Of a DNA stretch of 64,000 nt, positions 53,372-64,000 are shown piece by piece (within the stretch, counting starts at the first letter, position 1; each line of letters starts with the position of its first letter). Both the position numbers and the translations under genes were made by a program. The DNA comes from Lingula anatina (taxonomy: Eukaryota; Animalia; Brachiopoda): contig CM120646.1 in the NCBI GenBank assembly GCA_051362555.1, positions 20,398,001 through 20,462,000 on the forward strand. Reading direction: 5' to 3'. A model generated the notes under the pieces. It had not been told where the DNA came from. It worked only from the letters and a program-made list of their open reading frames with translations, and made no database searches.

Positions 53372-53550
53372 CAGGCCTAACCAACTATAGTCAGAACACC
53401 GACAGGATGAGCCCACGGTCGTCCAACAAAAACTGTTCTGGGGGTATGATACTCCGAAAACGACACACACCTTGAAAACAGGTAGTGTGGTCCGACATAC
53501 CGGTTAATTCAGGATCCTTATGTGCCGAGTCTGGTAGTTGGGTAGGCCTG
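53372..53550. mobile_element. 179-bp MITE
   Basis: TIRs CAGGCCTAACCAACTA / TAGTTGGGTAGGCCTG. Absent from the paralogous site near 61526. The 5-bp flanks CACAC/TGCAC are imperfect. Confidence 0.85.
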
Positions 53551-54325
53551 TGCACGGTTATTTCTAAAGTAAAGCTTCTTAATTAAAGTAAATGAATAAA
53601 TCATGTTTATTTGAAGAGAGATTTTCGTCTGAGTTCGAATTCACTTAACTGTTTCATACTTCATTCTAAATAAATCACCGCCACCATATGTTTTTACATC
53701 GATATTTGTTGTTGGTGTTATTTGGATAGGAAGTCAGTATAGCTATTGAACTATTCAAAGTTCTCTCCTTCTTTGTCTTTTTGTTTTATTTTTTCAATTT
53801 GAAAAACGTGTTAGGTAAAAAAAGTCAGTAACCCCTGTCTGAACGTATTGTTGTTTTCTGGACAGAGGAATGCATACGTTCAAAGACGCGTCGTCGTTTA
53901 AAGTTAAGGGCTGTGTTCGAAGAATTACATGCGTAATTTCACATTACATTGTGGCTAATTGTATTTATCACAATTTTGGCAAAAGCAATGCACTGTCCGG
54001 CTGAGTAAAATTATTTACATTACATTTCAAACAAGCGTTATAGATCGTGTATAGATGTGCATACTAACGTGGGCATTTTATATTTTAACGTAAATATGAT
54101 CAATTACTTACTGTTTTTCCATGTTTATGTATGTGTGTGTGCGTGTGTGTGCGTGTGTGTGTGTGTGTGTAAAGCATATTCTGTATAATAGCACATCCGT
54201 GGAAGATTTCCGATTACATTTCTATCACTGTATTTCGTTTGGAATAAATGTGTGCTAAACGATTATGGTGTAATTATCGTTGTGGGAGCATTGCATTAAT
54301 GTGTCGAGAAAAAAATCAATTTGAG

Positions 54326-54370
<45 letters not shown>

Positions 54371-54939
54371 AAGATAAGGAGAAGTAAAAAAAGGTAAAAA
54401 GTGAAAAAATAGGGCGCGATACCACATATATATGTGCAGTGATTGATACGCGTCTCTCTTTGTGATAACATCTAAGTATTGACTCGCCATTTTTCTTAAT
54501 CTAGGATCAATACCAGGTCTACTGTGCCTCGGCCGCTTTACATAGCCACTGGGTCTTCAGTGAATAGTTCTCTTTTTGAAAGATAAAATTTGCTTTTGAT
54601 TCACAAATTCCGCCCTTTAAATAGACTTGTGTTGACGTCGAACACGCTATTCTTGCCCGTTGATGCATGGACAATAACACTGCGTGCACTTTTTAGTCTT
54701 GTTGACCTTTCTATTGTCTGTTGCCATGGGGACTTCATAAACTAAACCAAAGAAACGGGACGGACCTAATCATTTCACCTGAAGGTTGACGTTTGTCTTG
54801 AAGTGCAGGGAAGGGAGAGACATATTTGAACTGAAAACTGTAAGTTTTTTCTAAGAATCTGTTGACCTTAAATACACCCATCCTAAAGCAAAGGATGTAT
54901 ATAAGAAAATGGGCACTTCTTTGGAATATTTTACGGGCT

Positions 54940-55007
54940 GCGTATTCAAATTAATAAGAGTTTTTTGGGTGTGAGGCATAAACAACTGTGGGCAGACCCG
55001 ACGAACG
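54940..55007 (+). promoter_or_regulatory. Candidate promoter and non-coding first exon of CD225 gene B
   Basis: Donor ACG|GTAAGG at 55008 is retained as ATG|GTAAGT at ~62951 in the duplicate. The acceptor at 56250 precedes the gene B ATG and needs an upstream exon. Confidence 0.4.
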
Positions 55008-56271
55008 GTAAGGTATTCCTTTTTGTCTTTTCCATCTGAACACATTTAGTATCGGACTTGACGAAGGAAGAATTTTTCTTCTTGGTGGAAGGTAGGTATA
55101 AAGATATAGGTATAAACGTATAAGAGGCGCCATTTATAGTTCGTTTAATGGCCAGATTGAAAATCTTGGTCTTCTGAAATAACAATATTTAAGGACAGAG
55201 CGAAATGATCTTAAAAAAAGAAAAAAAGTCTTTTTTCTCTTATAAAGCGTGATAGTCATGTTTATCACATATAGTCTTATGATCATAAAATGAGCAGACG
55301 TATTAATTATTTCACTGCAAAGATAAACATTGATATGTAGCTGAACTCATAAGGTCACCGTCAAAGAATGGCTGGTAAAATTATGCCATCTACACTGAAT
55401 TTTGATGCAGTCATGGTAATGTTTTGCTTTAATTTCCTCATACTTTGTGTATTTTTTATAATATGAAAGCATAAAATCCATAAATGGATAACAAACACCG
55501 TATTGTTTATTGGTATTTGAGGGTTCTCTGATTGTTAGGATGCACTTAAGGGTGAGTTTTTTCAGCCATGGTTGCGGGTCACGTGAACAACAGCTGCACA
55601 TATATTGATCGTGCAACACTGTCGCAGCCTCTGGTAATCATTAATGATAAAAAGAAATTTGTCAAGGATAAGGCTTAATTGACCAGAAAGCCAAGAGCCT
55701 GTGATGTTGGTTGTGGTACAAATCTGGCGTTAGCGACGCATTTTCTGCCTTTTTGATGAGTCACAACAAGCAGCGGTCAGGACCTATGCAGAGGTCTCCC
55801 GAAAGAATGAAGGGGCAAGATGGTTTTATAAATAATTTTCATTCAGCGTTTTTTCTTCTCTCGTATTTTCCATTTCCACAAACATCTTGAATTTACTTGT
55901 TGCCGTGAGACTACAGATTACAAGGACTACAGAAAGTATAGGACCCCAAAGATGAAGCTTAACATTTCAATTATTTTTTGTGCGTCTTACTTTCAAATTT
56001 GAGGTCATGTATCAACAGACGTATTACAAAAAGCCATTCGGCCACATTTCTTCCATCTAATGGCAATTCCTTTTTCACTAGGCCTACAAACTAAACGAAA
56101 ATATTGATAAATATAACTTTTAACGCAACTCCTTTAGCTAAAGTACATTAAAGTAGTATATTTGACTAGTGAATACTTAATCAAATTATTAATTAGTTAT
56201 TACTTTTGAGTAAAGAAGACAATGTAATAAAGGAAACTGTTTCTTGTCAGCTTCGGCAAAGTGACGTCACA

Positions 56272-59200
56272 ATGGGAGACCCAAACGACCCCGGAAAGTC
56301 GTACCCTCCTCCAACCTACGACCAAGCGCCCGGCCAACCGGATTACGGACAACAGCCGGGTTATGGACAACAGTCGGGTTACGGACAACAGCCGGGTTAC
56401 GGACAACAACCGCAGTACGGTATGATGCCAAATATGGTACAAACCCAACAAGCGACGTAAGTTAGGGACAGCTGTGTACTGTTTGCGCAATTAGAGGCAA
56501 TTAAAGTCAGGATGTCTTCTAAGAGGTGTCTCTCGAACTACGTTTAGATCATTGGTGAAACAGCCAATTAATCGGGTCGAAAGTAATCTTCGTCTGAACA
56601 CGCATCGATAGAGAATTTATTTTCATTCTAATTTATTTATTTATTCACTATGCTATTTACTAGTTGTTAGTTTGTTTGTCTGTTTGTTGATTTGTCTGTA
56701 TATGTCTCTATTAGGTCCAGCGTCTAAACTTTTATGTACATGTATTAGCCCTTATTACAATTCTATCTTTGCATGGAGGGATGGGGGTAGTGAGTGGCCC
56801 TCCGAATATAAGTTTTTAAATTTAGAGCAAAATGTGACATTTGATATGGCATTTTATTTCAATTTCATTTTATTTTACAGTTCAACCAACCAGACCATCG
56901 TCATGGCGTCTAATCCCGGATACGGAGGTGGCGCAGTCATTGTAAACCAGAGCAGACCGATCAGGCCATCAAGTTACTTGGCCCTCTCCATTTTCGTCCT
57001 GATGTGCTGTAATCTACCATGCGGCATCATTGCGCTGATATTTTCGAGTGAGTAGATAAGCTTATTCTTCTAGATGCACGTCGAGTTGAGACTTGTTTGT
57101 AAATCCGGGCTCCGTATCTCGAATGGTTCGCTATGTTGCGCACATGCGCAAGTGTCTCGATTCCATGGCCCCGAATCTCGAAATAGAATCGGTTATGGAA
57201 TCGAGACACTTGCGCACGTGCGCAACATAGCGAACCTTTCGAGACACGGAGCCCTGTACTCCGAGCAGTGTCTAACGGCAATTGCGTTGTGAGTTCTATC
57301 TCATCTAAACAATGCGGTAGGTGATAGATCACATCTCGTTGTGCACACCAATAACCTTGCGCGCGTTATACGTCACAGGTCTTGCGTAACTACCCACGTG
57401 CTACGATTTTTCCCTTGGGGGGGCAGCAAGCGGCCATTTTGTACACGAGCAAAGCATAGATGGGTGAAAACGATACGTTGTTTTTAACCAAAAACGATGT
57501 CCCCAGGGCGAAACTGCCAACACCAAAAGTAAAGGAGCATACCACCGTTGTTTTGAAACGATGTGGTTAGCCTGTCAGTGGCGAGTTGGGGAGAAAAGAG
57601 CAGCACTGATAACAAGGTACTGTATACACGTGAACCGGCAAAGTTACTGATAATTTCATGTTGCAAAAGCATAATTAAATCAGTAAGTTATTTTCCAAAG
57701 GATATTATTTGAATAGCAGATACATAAATCAAACTAACAACAATAAAAAATTTTGATGACATTGAAAATCAAAACCTGCGGTGCACGATAGGTTGAGGAG
57801 GACACTGCCACAGCAAGTAATGCATGAATTTTGTTACACAACACCATATGCTTGTGTCATTGTTAACTCTGTGGTATTATTACTCAATTTACTGCTCAAA
57901 TTAATACCTGATACTATTTCTCAGGCTACCAAGTACAAATCAACTTATTTTGTGGCAATTGACCTCCATGTTCCATCTTGTGTGCAGGTTGTTTATTTTT
58001 GTTATCATTATTATTATTATTTTTTCAAACACATTTTGATAAAGTGGCTATGCTTTAACAAGAGAAATTTATGCTGAAGTTTAAAAGATTAAATTATCAG
58101 TAGTATGTACAATTAAAGCTATTAATTTGATTATGCATATTTGATTTTCAATTATCTTGATTATGATATGAGGTTTCTCCATTTTTCTCTTGCCCTCAAA
58201 TCAATATCTAACAAGTAAATTGATAGTGCTTTATTACAAATTTGCTTTATACTTTCAGATGTAAAAACTGTGTAGCAGTTGGTAAGCTGTAGAGATTTAT
58301 GTGAGCATAGAGCAGGGGAAATGGTATTAGAGAAACTAGGAGGACAAGACATAGATAATGTACTAGTACTCTCAGTAGATCCATCATCACAGCAAGGATA
58401 GATGGTGTGATCTTGTCCCTGAAGCTATGCCACAAGTTTTCAAACTGGTTGAGTCCTTACTAAGACAAGCTGCTGCGGTGTGAATCGTTGTACATTCAGG
58501 TTATACATGGCAGATTTATGACAAAAGAGACCTTCACAATATACTTCAAAGAAGTTATTCTTGCATCTATGCCTCAAAAGTACAGTTACAGTGACTAGAA
58601 CATTGTCTGCAAATAGTGAGGCAGTGAAGGCTGCAAGGTGCCATTGTTTTTCAGTATTAAGAATGACAGTATCTGTTTTTTATTTGTTTATTTTTATTTT
58701 TCATTTTTAATGGGAGGGAGACTCACTTTGTTCTTTCAATGCCCATTCAGTTAAGGGTTGGTGGCAATATATGGTAAATCTGTCATGCCTGTATGTAGAA
58801 TTTCTCTGGCTCAAATTTCTACATTTATTGGGTGCATTATGAAGTTTCCTGACTGATTAATGAGGTTACTTGCAGAAATATCTTGCTTACACACATTTTG
58901 TGATATTTTTACTACTTTATACATATTATTATTCACATCTCATCAGTGGTGTGTGAAAGGTACTTGGTATTTGCATTTTAGAACTGTAGATCTGTGTACC
59001 AGCAGGGTTATATTTCATATATCTGCGAATGTTTCTAAAAATAAGCTTCATGTTTGATAATTAATTGGTTTGAAATAAATAAATAAATAACCCAAATAAA
59101 ATCAATTCATTTCATATTTCACATAATTTGTTTTTATTATTCTTCTAAGCATTTAATCATAACATCTCCCATCATTATACTGTTATTGTGTAATAACATT

Positions 59201-60352
59201 GAAAGTTTCCAAGTTTTTATTAACAGGTTGATGCTAACGTATTACAAATGAACATAACTTCATAAGCATTAAAGCATATTTCCTTACTCAAATGTATCAA
59301 ACGTACCACTGGCATAATAGCGGTAAAGATACAGGTAAAGATGACAGCATTGATAACTGAGTTTACAGCGCTTTTAGTGCAGCTTGGCTAGTGTCAGATT
59401 GTTATCTGATAAAGTTTGCTACTAGTACCTGGGAAGAAAAGGTCTGGCACTTGGCAATCAAGTTGATAAAATCACAAAACGCCTGTAGAAAATAGAGCAT
59501 ACCTGTCCAACATCGATTTGTTCAGATTCTTGACTAAGGGGTGCGTTACTGGTGTCAAGGGCCAAGACTTGAACTTTGGGGTTTGGCATGTCACTGGACA
59601 TTCCTCTCGATTTCTGCCCAAATCTAATAAAGCCTCAGTTGCTTAACTTTCGCCAAATTTCCAATATCTACAGGTTGTGTTGTTTAATGCTTGGGGTCTC
59701 TTCTTTGGTGGCGGTTAATTGGGGACACCTGTGCGGCCTGTCAACGCACCAAGATTCACTTTTGCCGTTGCCACATTTTCAATTGCCGTAAATATCAAAT
59801 TCATGAATAGAATGAGGAAAAATGACAGTTATGAAAAAATGTTTGGAAGTACCTGTCACCTTCGCCACAGTAACCATATGGGCTGTGCTGCCCCCCACCA
59901 CAGGCGACACCTTGCGGAGCAAGCGTGCGTAATCCAGGGTGCAACTGAAAATAACCTTGTCGCGCGACCTTATTCACAATAATCGCAACAGTTGCATTTT
60001 GTAGTCATAGATTGAGTTTGTGTACGTATTCATCTATTTGTCGTTCGGTTCATTAACCAATTCACTCTTTTTCTTCATCCACTTTAATAAGATCAGTCAA
60101 TTTACAAATTGAATGATTGATTTACTGGTGGACTTAAGCTTTTTGAATAGGTGTACATTCCTTTGATATATATTTTTTTCTTTTATAGTTTTGTCCTCGA
60201 CTGCAGCAGATGAGGAGGACTTCGAAAGCGCTCGTACGAGGGGCAAAGTGGCACTCGGCCTGAATCTGTTCGGTATGATTTCTTCAGTGTTGATTGTGGT
60301 GATCCTGGTGGCCGTCTTTGTCTCAGCTGCAACAAGGTTCATCTACGGGTAG
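56272..60352 (+). CDS. CD225/dispanin family membrane protein, gene B, 171 aa; exons 56272-56456, 56881-57047, 60189-60352
   Basis: Same intron phases as gene A. MGDPNDPGKSYPPPTYD, PGYGQQ repeats, then RPSSYLALSIFVLMCCNLPCGIIALIFSILSSTAADEEDFESARTRGKVALGLNLFG...IYG*. Confidence 0.9.
56338..56420 (+). repeat. Coding 18-bp tandem repeat (PGYGQQ, about 4.5 units)
   Basis: ccggattacggacaacag ccgggttatggacaacag tcgggttacggacaacag ccgggttacggacaacaa ccgcagtacgg. Confidence 0.9.
57107..57254. repeat. Intronic fold-back inverted repeat (60-bp arms, 28-nt loop), MITE-like
   Basis: 57107-57166 is the reverse complement of 57195-57254 with 3 mismatches. The right end reads GAGCCCTG-TA, like a Tc1-type terminus. 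Confidence 0.92.
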
Positions 60353-60874
60353 TAAATCCTACGGCGGTTTTAGTTTTTGGAACTGTGAGGGCGGGGTCAC
60401 CACAATGGGAAGAACAATGCATACATTGCGCGTGCGTTTATTCACTACTAACATTATATACGGACAGTTTTGTTATTTTAGTCAACATTTCATGCAGTTT
60501 TCACTTGGATATTTCCAAAACCAGTAATCTTCGAATATTTTCCATATATCCACACATTTTCATCATTGGAATTCTGTTCTACAAGAACAAGTGCCCTTAA
60601 TTGTGTAATATATTCATCCGAACTTTGTTTACCGCTTATATGTGTGTCTGTAGGATGTTTTTAGAAATATCCCTTTTCTAAAAAGATATAAACATGTGTA
60701 TTAATCAAGAGGGCAAAAGATGCACATAATTGTGCCATATTATACAGTACATAAACATACGTAGCTTATATTTTATTATTTTGTATCTGTACACGTTGCT
60801 TGTACATAACGCTTTAAACTATAAATTGCAGTGCCATATTTTTCCTGTAATTACAACAACAGTTATGTTTTGTA

Positions 60875-60909
60875 TTGTTTCCAACCCATTGCTGCTGTTA
60901 GTGGGATGA
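60875..60909 (+). pseudogene. Orphan fragment of a gene A-type last coding exon
   Basis: Encodes VSNPLLLLVG* versus VSNPLLLLMG* in gene A, with no upstream exon sequence. Confidence 0.7.
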
Positions 60910-61046
60910 GCCCATTCAAACTTACCGGGAAAAAAGAAAAAAAAAACAATGTATTTAAAGCAGACTTTAAAAGCAGCTCAATGAGAAATTCACTGTGATA
61001 TTGGACAACTGTGGGATTCGCTTCTGTTTTTTTTTTTTTTTTTTTT

Positions 61047-61086
<40 letters not shown>

Positions 61087-62081
61087 GATCGTTGGAAAAC
61101 ACGAGCAAGAAAAAATGCCTTTAGGGCAAAATATTCAATATTGGTGAAATTACCTCTTCGGCTGGACCGTACTGTGGTATCCGTTCGCTCTGGAATTAAC
61201 TAGCCAGTACAAAAGAAACTATCCAATTATAAGCATTGAATATACAGAACTACGGATTCCATTTCTGGCAATGTCCAATGATAACCCAATAGCCGGCGGA
61301 CCTTACGTAACATTATCCATAAGATTCTGGCAGAAATTCTGAGCAACTGCTTTTACGAATAAAACACATCGTAAGAACGACATGGATAAATGCAGACTGG
61401 ACCCCGATGATACATATATACATATATATAGTTGGCTCAAAAGACGTATATTGAATCAAATAGGATTGATAAATGAACGCGTCTAATGTAATGAGTATTT
61501 GATATTTGGCATTGGCGCAGCCGCTACATAGTTATTTCTAAAGTAAAGCTTCTTGAGAAAATGTTTATTTGCAGAGAGATTTTCGTCCGAGTTCGAATTC
61601 ACAAAATTGTTTCATACTTCATTCTAAATAAATCACCCCATATGTTTTTACATCGATATTTGTTGTTGCTGTTGCTGTTATTTGGATATGAAGTCAGTAT
61701 AGCTATTGAACTATTCAAAGGTCTCTCCTTCTTTGTCTTTTTATTTTATTTTTTCAATTTGAAAAGCATGTTGGGTAAAGAAAATCAGTAACCTTTCAGA
61801 ACGTATTGTTGTTTTCTGGACTGAGGAATGCACACGTTCAAAGACGCGTTGTCGTATAGAGTTAAGGTTTGTTTTCGAAGAATTACATGCGTAATTTCAC
61901 ATAACATTGTGACTAATTGCATTTATCACAATTTTGGAAAAAGAAATGCACTGCCCGGCTGAGTAAAATTATTTACATTACATTTCAAACAAGCGCTATA
62001 GATCTTGTATAGATGTGCACATTAACGTGGGCATTTTATTACAACGTAAATGTGATCAATTACTTACTGTTTTTTCATGTT

Positions 62082-62123
<42 letters not shown>

Positions 62124-62280
62124 GCATATTCTGTATAATAGCACACCCGTGGACGGTTTCCGATTACATTTCTATCACTGTATTTCGTTTGGAATAAATA
62201 TGTGCCAAACGATAATGGTGTAATTAGGCCTATCGTTGTGTGAGCATTGCATTACTGCGTCGAGAAAAAATCAATTTGAG

Positions 62281-62317
<37 letters not shown>

Positions 62318-64000
62318 AAGATAAGGAGAAGTAAAAAAGGTAAAAAGTGAAAAAATAGGGCGCGATACCACATATATATGTGCAGTGATTGATACGCGTC
62401 TCTCTTTGTGATGACATCTAAGTATTGACTCGCCATTTTTCTTAACCTAGGATCAATACCAGGTCTACTGTGCCTCGACCGCTTTACATAGCCACTAGGT
62501 CCTTAGTGAATAGTTCTCCTTTCGAAGATAAAATTTGTTTTTGATTCACAAATTTGCCCTTTAAATAGACTCGTGTTCACGGTGAACACGCTATTCTTGC
62601 CTGCTCCTACACGGACAATAACACTGCGTGCACTTTTTAGTCTTGTTGATCTTTCTATTGTCTGTTGCCATGGGGACTTCATAAACTAAACCAAAGAAAC
62701 GGGACGGACCTAATCATTTCACCTGAAGGTTGACGTTTGTCTTGAAGTGCAGGGAAGGGAGAAGCATATTTGAACTGAAAACTGTAAGTTTTTTCTAAAA
62801 ATGTATTGGTCTGAAATACACCCATCCTAAAGCAAAGGACGTATAAAATAAAACGGGCACTTCTCTGAAATATTTTGAGGGCTGCGTATTCATATTAATA
62901 AGAATTTTTGGGTGTGAGGCACAAATAACTGTGGGCCCTACTGGCGGATGGTAAGTTACCCCTTTTTGTCTTTTTCATCTGGACACATTTAGTATCCGAC
63001 TTGACAAAGGAAGAATGTTTCTTCTTGGTGGAAGGTAGGTATAAATATAGTGTTACGGAGCGCTATTTAATAGTCCGTTTAATGACCGGATTGAAAACCT
63101 TGGTCGTCTGAAATAACAATATTTAAGGACAGAGCGAAATGACCTTAAAAAGCAAAAAGTACTTTTTCTCTTATAAGGCGTGATAGTCATGTTTATCACA
63201 TATAGTCTTATGATCATAAATTGAGCAGATGTATTTATTATTTCACTGGAAGGATAAACACTGATATGTAGTTGAACTCATAAGGTCACCGTCAAAGAAT
63301 GGCTGGTAAAATTATGCCATCTACATTGAATTTTGATGCAGTCATGGTAATCTTTTGTTTTAGTTTCCTCATAATTTGTGCAATTTTTATCGTATGAAGG
63401 CATAAAATCAATAAATGGATAACAAACACCGTATTGTGTATTGGTATTTGAGGGTTCTCTGATTGTTAGGATGCACTTAAGGGTGAGTTTTTTCAGACAT
63501 GGTTGTGGGTCACGTGAACAATGGCTGCACATATATTGATCGTGCAACACTGTCGCAGCCTCTGGTAATCATTATGATAAAAATTAATTTGTCAAGGATA
63601 AGGCTTAATTGACCAGAAAGCCAAGAGCCTGTGATGTTAGTGGTGGTACAAATCTGACGTTAGCGACGCACTTTCTATCTTTTTGATTAGTCACAACAAG
63701 CGGCGGTCAGGACCTAAGCAGAGGTCTCCCGAAAGTATGAAGGGGCAAGATGGTTTTATAAATGATTTTCATTCAGCGTTTTTTTTCTCCTCTCGTATTT
63801 TTCATATCCATAAACATCTTGAATTTACTTTTTGCTGTGTGACTACAGATTACTCTTACTCAGACTACAGAAAGTATAGGACCTCAAAGATGAAGCTTAA
63901 CATTTCAATTATTTTTTGTGCGTCTGACTTTCAAATTTGAGGTCATGTATCAACAGATGTATTACAAAAAGCCATTCGGCCATATTTCCTCCATCTAATG
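60875..64000 (+). repeat. Tandem segmental duplication, copy B (truncated by window edge)
   Basis: Begins ttgtttccaacccattgctgctgtt as at 52543 and still matches copy A (56062) at the last base of the window. Confidence 0.95.

Larger units (their letters stand above)
52543..56062 (+). repeat. Tandem segmental duplication, copy A
   Basis: Colinear and highly similar (roughly 90% by eye) to 60875-64000, including shared T-run, (AT)n, (TG)n and (GA)n tracts. Confidence 0.95.

Noticed and set aside
59940-59996. TGCAACTG...CAGTTGCA small inverted repeat in the gene B intron
   Set aside because: The arms are only 8 bp and there is no TSD, so it is too weak to call.

Overview
AT-rich eukaryotic (metazoan, probably marine invertebrate) genomic DNA with GT-AG spliced genes, microsatellites and many small DNA-transposon relics. 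No prokaryotic features (operons, CRISPR, rRNA) are visible. The first ~37 kb hold no recognisable host coding exon, only a decayed full-length Tc1 (DD34E) transposon at 3442-5101, MITEs and simple repeats. At 37997-42085 (+) seven coding exons splice in phase into a ~608-aa class C GPCR of the GABA-B/GPR156 type that appears to have almost no ectodomain. From ~49.8 kb there is a tandem cluster of CD225/dispanin (IFITM/PRRT-like) genes: gene A (126 aa) and gene B (171 aa). A recent tandem duplication (52543-56062 repeated at 60875-64000, running off the window) predicts a third copy just beyond the edge. Comparing the two duplicates exposes filled and empty insertion sites for small CAG...CTG elements with 5-bp target duplications. 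All calls are from manual reading; no database searches were run.
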